From: the human T2T-CHM13v2.0 reference genome, Homo sapiens
Assembly: GCF_009914755.1 (NCBI RefSeq)
Contig: NC_060929.1
Direction: 5' to 3' (one strand)
Length of the DNA stretch: 64,000 bases
Shown here: piece by piece, positions 17,442 to 30,646 of the stretch
Position numbering within the stretch: the stretch's first letter is position 1
Layout: every line of letters starts with the position of its first letter
Made by a program: the position numbers and the translations under genes
The notes under the pieces: generated by a model
Seen by the model: only the letters and a program-made list of their open reading frames with translations
Database searches by the model: none
Told to the model about the DNA's origin: nothing

Positions 17442-18588
17442 CAAAGTATTGAATTAGTCTTACTTTCTTATTCATTTTTAATAACATTTTTATTACATAT
17501 TTAGAATATATTCTACAAGTTTCTTCATGATTTACTCAGTTACAATGAAATTTATGCTCAATATATTCTGAATATAACCTATTGATAGATAACAAGAAAG
17601 ATTAATCAATTTCATATATTGTTGTTTATGAAATAATTTTGTTTGATTAATAATTAGTAATAGCCACATCTTTCATGCTCTTATTCTGCTGAAAGAATCA
17701 GTCATTCATTAATGTGACAAATATATATTCAGGAGCTGGCACAGACCCTTTAAGCATGAACCATGATGCTACTTTCTTTAGCAGATAAAGATAAAATTAA
17801 AAAACAAATGTGTGTCCAAAGCTCTGTATTGGACAGAGCCTAGAGTACTCTTAGAGAGCACAGCAAAAAGCAAAGCTTTGAGATTATGAAGTGTGAACCC
17901 AGCCAGAATAGGTGCCACAAGCACCAAAAGACTGCCTTATCTATTTCTCCACAAATCATTTTTAAATTAAGACAAAATCATACAACAAACGTGGGAAATT
18001 CAGGATTTTTCTAAAAAGTTTTCCTTAGTGCCTCTTTTCTATGATTTTAATTATCTTATATATTTAGCATTTTATTTTTATGACAATATTTTGATTCATG
18101 ACATAAATTAAACCACAATTAATCAATATTTTATTTATCAAATTATGAAATATCAACATCTTTCATTAAAAGCATCATATTTGTGTCATTTCATTTTTCA
18201 TCACCTGAATTTTGCATCTGTCTGGCTATTGTGTAATGCAACATGACTTCTAAGAATTCTGAGGTAGTGATGTTGAATAAGAGTACCAATGAGAATGAAC
18301 TCATTAGGTGAACACAAGAAAAAAAGGGTTATTGTTTTTCACAGAAAAGGGAAACATTTTGTACATAGGCAAGTGGGAAGGGCAGGAGGCAAATTTGGCA
18401 AATAATTCAGGAACTAGATCTTGATGAGCTTTGCTAAACATGATCAGAGTTTGAGGTTTTATTCTAAGAATAAATCCAGTGAGTTGGCTTAAAACTAAAA
18501 TGACATAGAACATATATTGGTGTAGAAATGCGCCTGCCAAGAGAGCGAAGAAATGTCTGAGAAAGAACTAAGACTAGAGGCAAGAATA

Positions 18589-18929
18589 CAGTAGTGTCTC
18601 CTTATCTATGGTTTCAGTTACTTGTGGTCAACCACAGTCAAATACTACCACAAACAATGAGATATTTCAAGAGAAGAGAGAAAGAGAGAGAGTGAGAAAC
18701 TACATTCACACAGCTTGTATTAAAGTATATTGTTGTAATTGTTTATTTTATTATTAGTTATTTTGTGAATCTCTTACTCTGAAAAATTTATAAATTAAAC
18801 TTTATCATAGGTATGTATGTATGGGGAAAACATAGCATATAAAGAGTTTTGTGCTATTTGCAGTTTCAGGTATCCACAGATTCACTGGGGGTCTTGGAAC
18901 TTATTCCCACAGAAAAGGCAGAGCTACTG
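18589..18929. mobile_element. MER44A-like (Tigger7 derivative)
   Basis: TIRs CAGTAGT...CCTTATC / ...CTACTG; 5' TA; interior TAAATTAAACTTTATCATAGGTATGTATGTAT. Confidence 0.88.
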
Positions 18930-19215
18930 TGTGCACCCATTGGCTGTTTTACTTTTCAAGGCAAGAGAATGCTTTGCAGACTAGATATAGTGGAGACAAA
19001 GAGAAGTGCATAAACGTGAGAAGTGATATTTTGAATCAACAATATTTTGCATATGGGCAGGAAAAAGGAAAAAGGAGAATGAGGTGACTTCGACATAATA
19101 AAAGAGGAGAAACATTTTATAATTTGTGGAGCAATTAACAATATATTCATTTAAATACCTGTTGAGTATAAATTACATCAAAAAGTCAGGGATATGTGAT
19201 TTGATAAATAAATCT

Positions 19216-19319
19216 GAAGTTGAGAGCAATATCTATGATGTATACATTTGGGAGTCATCAGTATATAGAAGTTGAGAGCAATATCTATGATGTTTACATT
19301 TGGGAGTCATCAGTATATA
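19216..19319. repeat. 52-bp tandem duplication (2 copies, 1 mismatch)
   Basis: GAAGTTGAGAGCAATATCTATGATGT(A/T)TACATTTGGGAGTCATCAGTATATA twice. Confidence 0.95.
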
Positions 19320-21586
19320 AATAAAATATTCTTGCAATTTATTTTTTAATGCCATAAGTAAACTTAGCAAAAGTAACTGAAATAAATCACCGAGGCTAAA
19401 ACATGTTCATGTAATTTGGAGGTGAAAAATAATGGAGAAAGCACTATAGACATTTTCATAAAACTTGATTCTGAAGTAGGAGGATGAGATGGACAAAGAG
19501 TTATAAGGTGATTTGTGCTGATAGAAATGCTTTTCATTTTCTCCTCCTTGTGCTTGTTTTAGTTTGTTTGGGGAAGGGGTGTTAACATAAGAGATCTGAC
19601 ATCGTGCAGACGTTTATCAAAGGAACTAGTAGAACTGAATGCATTGATGATACTGAAAAAAAAAAGAAAAGTAAATGTTTTAAGATTCTGAGAAGATATG
19701 GAAATATTAGGGCAGAGTAGTAACTGGATAAGAGCATGAATATCTGCTTTATTATAACAGCGAAGGAAGAGGATGGTAACAGGCAGTGTGGGTATCAGCA
19801 AGCATTCACATCTGTCTGGTGAAAGTTTTATTAGGGTCTGCATGTTTGGAATAAATTCAGCTATAAACAAATGTAAAATGTTGTTGGGGCAAGAGTTTGA
19901 TCAAGTAGATATGGTTGAAAATTATCTTCCAGAGAAATGGAAGAGGGAATTGATATAATTGAAGTTAATGACTTTAAATGGGTTTTTTTTGACACCAATC
20001 TATATAATATCACAGCAGCATCTGGAGACACAACAACAATCACACACACACACACAAACAAAATTATTTGTTAATTGTTGAAGTGCAACTGAAGTATGCT
20101 GGATGAGGAAATTAATAAGAAAATGACTGAAGGGATGAACTACTGAAATTATGATGAATTTAGAAGAAAATGAGGAGAATGCCGATAAGCAATAAGAGAA
20201 TTAAGGGATCTATGAACTGGGTGCGCCAGTGAGAAAAACAAATTAAAATTATAAAAAAATGAATGAGTGAGATAGAAGGATAATTAGGCAGTTCCAAAGT
20301 TATACTGGCTGCTGACCTAAGCCATAAGTATTTGAAGCTCTTAACATCCTTATGGATAGAAATATCAATATGTAGTCTTTCATTTTCTTTCACCTCATGG
20401 TTGCAAATGTGCTGTTTTGGCACAGGCCATCATATTTGTACACATATTTAAAACAAGGAGAAAGAGCTCAACAGAGTCAAGAGAAAAGTGAGACAGAGAC
20501 AGAAAGAGAGAAATAGAGAGAGAGAAATCATTCTCAGAAACAGCTTATCTTAACCAACTTCTTTGCCTCTACTATGTAAGAGATCGATTGATGGTATCAA
20601 GGGAAACAACATCCCAATCAAAGTGCTTTTAGTCCTAGACCATTAAGATAAAGTTTTATGTGCAAAAAAAAGGTAACAATTGATAGTACCATTCATCTCC
20701 TCAACTTAATTCCATGTAAGATTTCTGCTTTAACATTTTTGTGGCAGCAACTAGAAGCAACCTAATATGATGGTGACAAGATCCTTGGAATTATGTCTTC
20801 ATTAATATGAGGATCCAAATTTTGGTCATTTACTAAAGGGGAAAGCAGAACAATGGAATTGAGTTTCTTAAAATTAACATCCCATCTCAGAGTGAGGGAT
20901 GAGTCCTTCTTAAGTTTGTTTTCCCACTGCAGTCTTGAGATTCGAGAATACATTTCCCCAAAAAGATTTTGGAAAAAAAAGCATAGCTTTTCTTTTTCTG
21001 TTATTAATGTCTATTAAATAGACATGGAAGCCATTCATCTCCTGGTTTTCTTGTTATATCTACCTCAGTAAAACTATGCTTGTTAGCTTTCTAGAAACTC
21101 AAATCTTCTGTTATCAGTAATTATAGTTATTACGTTGAGCTTTTGTATCCTGAGGGTTGCAGGTCATAAATACACTGAGATTTGTTCTGTATTCTTCATC
21201 TCTATATCAAGTTGATAAAAACATAAATATCCTATATGTAAATGTTTGTAGTTAGAGGATTATAGAGCCAGTTTAGAAAATTAGCACAGAAAAATAGTAG
21301 ATTATATCTTCTTTTTATGTTAATCTATAAATAGCAGCTAGACTTTATGAACCGATTATACTTTAACAATCTAAAGGGTATATGTTTTTCCAGTGCATAA
21401 ACTGTCTGAAATACATTGTCATGTTGCTTGCTTACTCTATTGTATGACATATAGCGTCAGGCAGCATCAGTTGAAAATCAAATGCTTGAACAAAACTTTA
21501 TTTCTTCACTGGTTTCTTAGTGCAGTTCATCTGACTGTTAACTTCGCTGAACATAAATATCAATCTATCATTAAAGTTTATTTTAA

Positions 21587-21907
21587 GATCTGGGCATGGT
21601 GACTCACACCTGTATTTCTAGCATTTTTGGAAACCCAGGCAAAGGATCACGTGGGAGGATCACCTGAGGCAAGGAGTTCGAGATCAGCTTTGGAAATATA
21701 GAAAGACCTTGCCTCCTAAAAAATGAAAAAAAAAAAATTAGCCGGGTGTAATGGCAAGTGGCTGTAGTCCCAGATACTCGGGAGGCTGAAGTGGGAGGAT
21801 TTCTCGAGCCTAGGAGGTTGAGACTGCAGTGGGCCATTTTTGTGCCACTGCACTCCAGCCTGGGGAAGAGAGAGAAACCCTGTCTCTCTCTCTCTCTCAC
21901 ACAAAAA
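21587..21907 (+). mobile_element. AluJ with (CT)n in tail
   Basis: Dimeric Alu with GGGAGGAT..GAGCCTAGGAGGTTGAGACTGCAGTG J-type motifs. Confidence 0.9.
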
Positions 21908-23445
21908 GAGAGACTTTTATGGGTCTATTTCTTGTTATTTGAGCTTGTTAAATATTGATAATACTAAACAAAGTAAAAATAATGAAATTAATAACAGTAA
22001 CATGAAAGTAAAAAATGTTATTACTGGGTTCTACACTACTTCAAGCAGAGCATTTTATGATGATTCCTTGTTCCATTATTATCTTCTGAGTTGAAAGTAC
22101 AAAACTGACATATGGTGAGACCCTTCTTTTCAGTTTCTGTCAATTTGAAAGTCTTGGAATCCCTGCTTTCTGGTTGGCCTTGGTGGCTCTCTTATCCAGA
22201 CAGACACTTCTGGTGATTAGGGGAGCTACCACTGTTTAATAATCTGCCAAGAACAACAGATTATTTTGGTGCATAAAGTCTTATGCACCCAAATGTAGGA
22301 GCTTTCTCCTAGATGACACACCCATGTCCATGCTTCTTAATGGGCTGAAAATAGCTTGGAAGACCTCATGAATTGTGCGACTCTACAATTCTTAAGTAAA
22401 CCTGTGTGCTCCTTAGGGTAATCATATTTGCCATCTTGCTTCAAATGTGCATAGACATGATGCATAGTTTCAAGCTTCACAAAATTATGCAAACATACTT
22501 ATACCATCCTTTTGTTCTTTTCAGAAATGCAGAATAAAATTTTGACCTTGTTCTCCTAGTTACTACTAGTTCAAATGTTATGTAGTTCAGTTACAATTTA
22601 TGAGCTTACTGTTTCTTACATCTAAAATAAAAGCTTAGAATAAAAATAAAGGCATTCACAGTTTACAAAGCAATTTTGCATAAGTTGCATCACAGGTGTT
22701 ATTGTTACCCCGAAATATAAAATTAATAAATATGTTTAATAACTATGAAGTTTCTGTTAAAATGCTAATGATAGAATTAATAATATATTATTAATCTATA
22801 ATAATAATATAGATAATAATAGCCTTTTATTTTTCACATGTTTTTGACCTTAGGAAAAAAAGGATGTCTCATAACTTTTGAATCTATAAAACAATTTTTT
22901 ACACGACATATATTTAATAAGCTTCTTCATGTTTGACTTATATTTAGTCATGCATTAATAAATCACAAAATATATGCATTTTAAGAAGAAAGCAATATGT
23001 TCAAAATAGTTAAATAGATTATAGTTATATATATTTAGATTTGTTTAATAAACTTATTACCAAATGAATTGTGTTCATCTCAACAATGATAAAAAATATT
23101 TATAATATAAAATTCCTAATTGTATGGCTAAAAAACTGAATTAGACAAGTCACACATTTCAGGGACCCAGCAAATCTAATTGAATGTGAGTAAACCCATC
23201 TTACAGGGTGTCTACACAGCATTTAATCTTCTTCTGTTAAATATATTTTAATTATTTTGAAGTTGAGCTTTTTAAGACTTAAACTTATTATTTCTATTTT
23301 AATTTTATTTTGTTACATCTAGCTAAAAGTTTCTCAAACACATAGCTCTTTAAAAAATCACATATTTGATGGAGTTTCAGATACATTATACTCTTTTTGG
23401 TTTATTTGTTTTATAATACCCTCATACAAAAAGCCAAATAAATGC

Positions 23446-23562
23446 TAAAATTTGGCAGCATTTTTTTTCCTGCAAAGCAGCAGATAGCAAATACTTTCAG
23501 CTTTGTGGGCCATATGGTCTCTGTTGCTACTACTCAACTCTGTCATGCAAATATCACTAAAT

Positions 23563-23649
<87 letters not shown>

Positions 23650-23743
23650 AGAAACTAGTGTGACTTTTCTTTCAATAAAACTTTATTTGCAAAACAGGTG
23701 TAGGACTAGGTTTGGCCTGCAGGCTACAGTTTGCTCACTCCTG
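23446..23743. mobile_element. MER58A-like (hAT-Charlie) MITE
   Basis: GCTTTGTGGGCCATATGGTCTCTGTTGCTACTACTCAACTCTG and CAATAAAACTTTATTTGCAAAACAGG...CAGTTTGCTCACTCCTG. Confidence 0.8.
23567..23645. repeat. Compound (TC)n(TA)n microsatellite
   Basis: Directly visible. Confidence 0.98.
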
Positions 23744-25119
23744 TACTAGCTCATTCAAGAGCGTCTTGCCTCTGAGCCTCAAATCAGGAACTTCAAAGAT
23801 TACTTCTTTTCAGAGCCACAAACTTCAATATGAAAATTGCATGTTTGATTTTCTGCAACACAGGTATAGGTTGACACCTTACACTACGTAACCCTCATAC
23901 TATAAAGTGTTCCTTTCAAATTTTCTTAATTTCTAAAGTGTATGCCTTATTTTGGAGTTAACCATGTTAAAAGTGTTGCAGCATCCTGGAGTGGCTGGAA
24001 CTGAAGGGACACATTACAGGAGTAATTTTTCACATAATGCCCTAGGGTTATCCATGGGAAGGTGGTAATGACTGAATTTCCAAATATCGGTGGGAGACAG
24101 CACATCAGAGGAGAAGCAAATTGTTCTTGGCACCTGGACTGTTTACCTCCCTGACTGGGAGAATCATTCCACTAGTAATGCTTTTCCAGCAGGCAGGTTG
24201 AAACTTCATGGAGGGCTGCAGCAGCTGGTGATTACACTCAGCTGTGAGAAACTAAAAACTTGTTCATCACTGGCTTAAACAATTATGGGCTTATTTTTCT
24301 TTAAACAATTAGAAGAGTAAAATTATTTCAAGGACTCATATTAGGGCTGAGATTTCTGCCATTTTTTGGCCTTCCCCTCAGCTTCCTACTGCTCAAGTTG
24401 CTTCTGCACCAGCCATCAAGTTTACATTCTAAGCTGGAAGAAAGTGTGACTGTCAGGGAGCAAGAATGTGCTTACATTAAGAAGGAAGTTTTTACCATAT
24501 TTTTACATTGCCAAATCTGTGTCACATACCCTTGCATAAGACATTGCGAAATGTGTCGCTAGGCCTGTTGCATGGGCTCTGCTATAAAGAAAGATGATCC
24601 AACCAACCAGTAATTGGTAAGGCACCCAGCAAGGTCTGCTGAAAGTGTAAGAATACATGGAGAGTGCAACTTCCTCTCCACAAGCAACATAGAGACCTAT
24701 CCATGTTGAAGGACAAGTTTCTTTTCTATCACTTCCTTTCTTTTTCTTTCTTCTCCTTCTCCTCCTTCTTCTTTCACATCTCTAGATGAGGAAATATTTT
24801 CAAGCTTAAAGGCAAAGACATCAACCATAGTAAGAAAGCTCTGCAGAATTGATTATATCGAATAGTACTATATGCATGTGTGACATAAACATTCAAAAAT
24901 TTGTAACTTATATTAAAAGTAAAATGACCTCAGTAATACTCAGATTATTTAGCAAGAAAAAAATCATATTCATGTCCACCAGGCAATATATATTATAATG
25001 TTCTTAGAAAAATAACAACAACAACAAAGTAAGCACAATGGAAAAATTGTCATGCAATTAGAGAAAAAATCACAATAAAATTATTCATGCAATTTCATGT
25101 AGTTATTATATCATCTGAG

Positions 25120-25260
25120 GGCTGGGCTTGGTAGCTCACATCTGTAATCCTAGTGCTTTGGGAGGCCAAAGCGAGAAGATTGCTTGAGTTCAAGAGTTGG
25201 AGGCCAGCCTGGACAAGACAGTGAGTCTCCTTCTCTACAAAAAAATACAATTTAAAAATT
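25120..25260 (+). mobile_element. FLAM / Alu left monomer
   Basis: GGCTGGGCTTGGTAGCTCACATCTGTAATCC...CTCTACAAAAAA; no right monomer. Confidence 0.85.
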
Positions 25261-26099
25261 CTTATCGTAACAGCTATTATATTGATAGGCACATAATTAA
25301 GATTGAATAAATGCATACAGGTATGTCCCCTACATTGTTTTTTATTCAACGTTTTGTTGCAGAATTTGTAGCCTATGAAACTAGCCATGAAAAACAAATA
25401 AAAGGAAGAAAAAAATCCAAGAGAATAAAATGAATACCAACATTTTGTCAGGCAACTAAATAAGTAGAGTTTTTTTTTTTAGGTCAATATTGCAGCTGCT
25501 ATAACTTTTTAACAGTCATAAATTTGCGTATGTAAACTTACAGTTATCTTTACTCTACCTTTTTCTTTGGTGAAAATTTCTGAACTAAGACAATCTCCGA
25601 TTTATCAGACATTTAATCTAGATATTCTGTGACTTTTCACTATTCCAGTTTATAATATCATTCCATCAGTCACATTTATAATGAACATGTGTGTTTTGTC
25701 TATTCTGTGGCCCTTCAATGTCAGTTCTAAATATGGAGAAATTGTGAGGACAAATTCATATTGGTGATGAGAAAAAAGAATCCCACTTTTTGTCAGCTCT
25801 CTACTTGCTTGTATGCCCCTGATTTCTGCTGGTGTCCATTAACAATTGTCACACTTCTAGTTTGCTTCTTTTTCCATATATTTACTACTGTTTCCACACT
25901 CAACAGAATAACTCTAAGACCTATGTTGATTCCATTTTACTGAAGGTTTAGTTGAATTTTTTGTCATGGTGACAATGCTCATCACTTCTGCATAATATTA
26001 CAAGGAATTCTCAGAATTTTGGTGACTGTTCTTTATCTTTACATTCTTTTTTTTCTGGTTCACACATTCACAGTTTTTGTTTGTTTACTTGTTCTGATA

Positions 26100-27600
26100 T
26101 TCAGTGAATCACATCCTATGTTTTTTTTGCTATAAATTGCACATGTATTTATTGAGAGCATGTAATACCGCAAAAATGTGTACTCCACCTGCAAGTTGAT
26201 GTTTTCTTTCTGCATACTGAAGTCTGGGCAGAAAATCATTTTTCTTTAGAAATTTACATGTATTTATTTCAGCCATCTATATTTTACTGGTACTGTTTAA
26301 TCTAATGGCTGCACAATGTTTGCTGTCTGAAACATTTTGTTGCGCACTGTGAAATTTCATGATGATGATAGGGTTGGGTACTGGTCTCTTTGTAGTGGTT
26401 GATTCTGAGAAACACTGGCAGTTCTGGGATATTTTCTTATGTTGCTTCTTTAATATTTTCCTCCATTTCATACTCTGTGTCTCTCCTTTGGCACTCCCCT
26501 GAGCTTTAAATTGCATCTCTTGATTGAACCTTTAATTTTAGGTTTTCTTTCATACTATTAAAGCCTTTCTTTGTTCATTTATTCTCCCTCTATTTCCTCA
26601 AAGATTGTCTTGTTCCTTATTTCCAAAATTTAATGGAAATTTTAATGTGACCATATTTTATATATTTGTAGCTTCTTTCTTTTTTCTCATTTCATTTTAA
26701 ATACTTTTGTTTTTGTTTCTTAGTTTCAACATCCCTCATTTCTCTAAAGAAGAGTAGCACTAATATATTTAAGGTTTCATTTAGCTTCTAAGGTTCCCTC
26801 TTTTTTTAACCATAATATTTTTTCTTTGGTCTTCATCTGTCTTTCACAACAGAAGCTTTGCCAGATATTGGGGACTCTTTGCTATCCACCTGATATTAAG
26901 TAGGACATACTAATGTGACAATGGGACAATTTTTGTTGTTGAGAATTCTCATATTTCAATGTTAGTAGCTCTTGGTTGTGAAACATTTAGCTTTTTCAGA
27001 GAGAAACCTTTCTGTATTCTACATGGAAAGCGTAGGGCTGGCCGTGATTGCCCTAAAAATTGAATGGTGGAAGGAAGCTTGAGTCATTACAGTTTAATAT
27101 TTACATTTTCATTTAATGTGCTTGCTTACTATAAGAATTTATCACCTTGCCAAACATCAATCACTGACATATTGGAAACTCGAACTTGTCCTGTCAAATT
27201 ATTCTGGAGAGGAAACCGCCCATTTCTTATGTAGGTGGAGAAAAGGTAATTAACTGTCTCTATGGAAAGAGTGGAACTGCAGAATTTAAATCCTCGGGAT
27301 GTATGTTTTCAGATAGACTCCTTGTTTTTATTTCCACATTTTAACCTTGTGATCAACAGTAAAGGGTCCTGCCAATTTCTCATCTTTTGGGGCATTTCAA
27401 TATCTAAATTAGCTTTCTGCTCATTTACACCTCCTCTGCAGACACGTATAGAAAGCTACCTATTCTTCATTAAGCCAGTTAAAAGGCTTCCTTCCATTCA
27501 TTTTCAATATTTTACAGATAAATCATTATAACATTTTATCATCAAATATCTTTTGTTTGCTTGAGAGTGTTTTGTAAAAACTTTAAGACATTTTACAGAA
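26100..27600 (-). mobile_element. Old L1M/HAL1-like antisense remnant
   Basis: T-rich, with CTGGGCAGAAAATC and GTTCTGGGATATTTTCTT motifs resembling antisense ORF1-like sequence; highly diverged. Confidence 0.4.
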
Positions 27601-27625
27601 ATTTAGATAAATTAGTCAGATATAA

Positions 27626-28002
27626 TGTATTAGTCAGCTTTCAAATGCTGCTAATAAAAACATACCTGAGACTGGGTAATTTATGAAGGAAAGAGATTTA
27701 ATTGACTCACAGTTCAGCACGGCTGGGGGACCTCAGGAGACTTACAATCATGGCAATAGGAGAAGCAAACACATCCTTCTTCACACGGCAGCAGGAAGGA
27801 GAAGTGCCAAGTCAAAGGAGGAAAAGCCCCTTATTAAACCATAAGATCTTGTGAGAACTCACTCACTATTGTGAGAACAGCATGAGAGTAACTGCCCCCG
27901 TGATTGAATCATCTCCCACCCAGTCCCTCCCAGGACACGTGAAGGTAATGTGAATCACAATTCAAGATGAGATTTTGGTGGGGACATAGTCAAATAATAT
28001 CA
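27626..28002 (-). mobile_element. THE1C-like solo LTR
   Basis: TGTATTAGTC...ACCTGAGACTGGGTAATTTAT...GAAAAGCCCCTTAT...ATATCA; TSD tataa/gataa. Confidence 0.9.
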
Positions 28003-28299
28003 GATAAATTCATCTGTTAGATCAGCCATGTTTAACTAGATATCTCCCAAATCAATTTAATACATCTTTTGCCTATGAGTAAGAAATGCCATTTTTTAGT
28101 ATATTACATGGCCATGAAAATTTTGATCTTTAATATAAAATTTGCCTCCATTTCTTTCACCTTCTATTAGTACCATATATTTTAATATCATAATTTTGTC
28201 ATTTTTAATATATGAAAATGTAGTTTCACTGTAAATAAGTGTTCTTAAACGCTTTTCTAACTCATCTCCTGCATCATTTATTGATTTAAGAAGAAATAT

Positions 28300-28560
28300 T
28301 ATCTTAGTTCATTAGGACTGCTAGAACAACAATACAAAAAACTACATAGGTTATAAACAACGTAAATTTATTTCTTATTCTTCTGGAAGCTGGGAAGTTC
28401 AAGAGCAAGGCACCGGCAGAAGCAATGCCTGGTAAGGACTCACTTTCTCATAGATGGCTCCTTTCACTGTGTCCTCATATGGTAAAATGGGCAAACAAAC
28501 AAGCTTCCTTGGGCTTCTTTTAAAAGAATCTTACTCCCATGCCTGAGGGCTTCATTCTCA
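28300..28560 (-). mobile_element. MLT1A/MSTD-like LTR (partial)
   Basis: TCTGGAAGCTGGGAAGTTCAAGAGCAAGGCACCGGCAGA, CTGTGTCCTCATATGG. Confidence 0.75.
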
Positions 28561-28599
28561 GGGTTCAGGTTAGGATCAGACCTGGGTTACTCAGATTCT

Positions 28600-29554
28600 A
28601 CACATTCCTAAAAGACCTGTCTTCAGAACTGTGATCCTTGGACAGCTCCTAAAAGATAACCTTTATACTATTATAATGTATGTTCTATACCAAAGGCCTT
28701 GTGCAATGCTATAATTATATTGAACAGCCTGTTCTTTTATGTCTGAGGACTTCATCCATGCTATATGTGTTTGACCAGATAATTCTATGCAAACAGTGTG
28801 ATTTACAGTGAACAATTGTTTTTCTCTTTGCCTGTGGGAGGTTCTGAAATATGGGTACCTGTGGTAAGTCACACAGGTGCTGCATGCCTATGTGATTGAA
28901 TAAAAACTCTGTAGACCAAAGCTTGGTTGAGCTTCCCTTGCATGTGTTGCCACACGTTGTTGGTAGGAGAATTAAGTGCATCCCGATATGACTCCACCGG
29001 GAGAGGACACTTGTGTCTTTGTCCTTTCTGTTGTTACAACAAAATCCCTTAGATTGGGTAATTTATAAACAACAAAAATGTATTGCTCACAGTTATAGAG
29101 GTTAGGAAGTTCAACATCCATGTGCCAGAAAATTTAGTGTTTCATGCAGTCCCATTTCTCATAGATGATTCCCTAGTCTATGTATCCTCACATGGTGGGA
29201 AAAATAAACAAAGAAGTTCTCTACAGCCTTTTTAATAAGGACATGAATCTGATTCATGAGGGCAGAGCCCTATAACCTAATTATCTCCCAAAGATCCCAC
29301 TGCTTAACATTGTCTTGGTAGTTAGGTTTTAATATACAAATTTTGGGGGGGCACAAACATTCGGACTGTAAAAACCTAGACCCTTGTACCTGGTTTCTCC
29401 TTGACTTTACCCTATAAATCTTTTCCCTTTGCAGATTTTAATCTGAATCCTTTCACTGCAACAAACTTCATTGAGTATAATTTTTTGTTCTGAGTTCTTT
29501 GAGTCCTTCCAGTGAATTATTGAATCTAATTGTGGTTTGGGAACCACCAATACA
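28600..29554 (+). mobile_element. MER21/MER68/MER77-group LTR, interrupted by a MaLR LTR
   Basis: AATAAAAACTCTG...GAGCTTCCC...GACTCCACCGGGAGAGGAC and CCTGGTTTCTCC...TCTGAGTTCTTTGAGTCCTTCCAGTGAATTATTGAA. Confidence 0.7.
29014..29373 (-). mobile_element. MLT1A/MSTD-like solo LTR
   Basis: TGTCTTTGTCC start, TTTTGGGGGGGCACAAACATTCGGAC end; full LTR length. Confidence 0.8.
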
Positions 29555-29600
29555 CACAAACACATACACACAGTGATATATATATATAGTTATATATATA

Positions 29601-29680
29601 TTAGGTTGGTGGAAAGGTAATTGCGGTTTTTGCTATTAAAAGTAATGGCAAATCCTGCAATTACGTTTGCACCAATCCAA
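29601..29680. mobile_element. MADE1 (Hsmar1-derived 80-bp mariner MITE)
   Basis: TTAGGTTGGTGGAAAGGTAATTGCGGTTTTTGC...GCAATTACGTTTGCACCAATCCAA; exactly 80 bp, palindromic, TA on both sides. Confidence 0.95.
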
Positions 29681-29818
29681 TACTTACATGCAGCAATATA
29701 TAATCATATACATTTTTATACACACATGTATAGTTGCATCAATTCTTATGTCAGAAATGTGTATCATTTGTCAATTTTTCTCAGTCTTTGGAATATATTT
29801 TCGTCTTAAAATAATACG

Positions 29819-29919
29819 AGCTAGTCTGAGTGCAGTCGTGTTTACAACTAATTGATCACAACCAGTTACATATTTATTTGTTCTTTTTCTATTCCCACTG
29901 TTTCATTCTACTAGCCTTT
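29819..29919 (+). pseudogene. RNY3P: Full-length retroposed Y3 RNA pseudogene
   Basis: Core GTGTTTACAACTAATTGATCACAACCAGTTACA matches hY3 as remembered; ends ACTAGCCTTT; about 14 substitutions in 101 nt; TSD aaaataata 29808-29816 / 29923-29931 at a TT/AAAA site. Confidence 0.93.
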
Positions 29920-30149
29920 GAAAAAATAATAAAGATAAGTCAATAAATAAAAATGAAATGATATGGCTTGATAAGAATCTCTAATTTTAATAGAGTAAAA
30001 TATATAAATGTTGTTTATTATTAGTTTACCTGTGTTTTTGACAAATATTCTTTACCAATTTAAGATATTGAAGATATTGATTATGGAATCTTCTAAAACC
30101 TATAAATTTTACTTTTTAGTTTAGGCGTATTATACATATGAAACAAATT

Positions 30150-30620
30150 TTTTGCCTGATGAGAGAAAGAGGTTAGGCAAAACTTTTGTTTTTGTTTGTT
30201 CATCCAATCGCTCCAGCAACATTTGTTGAAGATACATTTTTTTCTCCTTTGCTTGGATTGATGCCTTTATTGAAAAATAATTGATGATATCTGTGTGTTT
30301 CTATTTCTGGATTACTCATTCTTCTTGATTGATCAACTTATTTATTATATATCAATACCAAACCATTTTGATGAATATAACTTTGTAGCAAGCCTGGTAA
30401 GCAAGTGATGTATATGCTCAAATTTTTTATTTGATTTTGCTTTAAAAAATTATTAAAGCCCTTCTAGATTACTTAGATTTTCTTATACATTCTACTATGC
30501 ATTATTTGAATATTTGTATTTTTTATCAACGTTTTATCATTTTTATAGTATATATTTTGTTGATGTTTTACCAAATTTATATGTAAGCATTTTATTCCTT
30601 AATGCTATCAGAGATTTTTT
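30150..30620 (-). mobile_element. Old L1M ORF2 fragment
   Basis: CTCCAGCAACATTTGTTGAAGA, CTATTTCTGGA, ATCAATACCAAACCATTTTGAT antisense L1 motifs. Confidence 0.65.
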
Positions 30621-30646
30621 CTGCTCCTAATATGTGTATATAAATA

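Larger units (their letters stand above)
18300..19500 (-). mobile_element. Degenerate L2 fragments, interrupted by MER44
   Basis: Purine-rich antisense L2 motifs: GAGTTTGAGGTTTTATTCTAAG, ATTTGGGAGTCATCAGTATATAG. Confidence 0.55.

Noticed and set aside
27710-27740. PRDM9 hotspot motif in the THE1 LTR
   Set aside because: The site reads GTCCCCCAGCCGTG on the minus strand, not CCTCCCTNNCCAC
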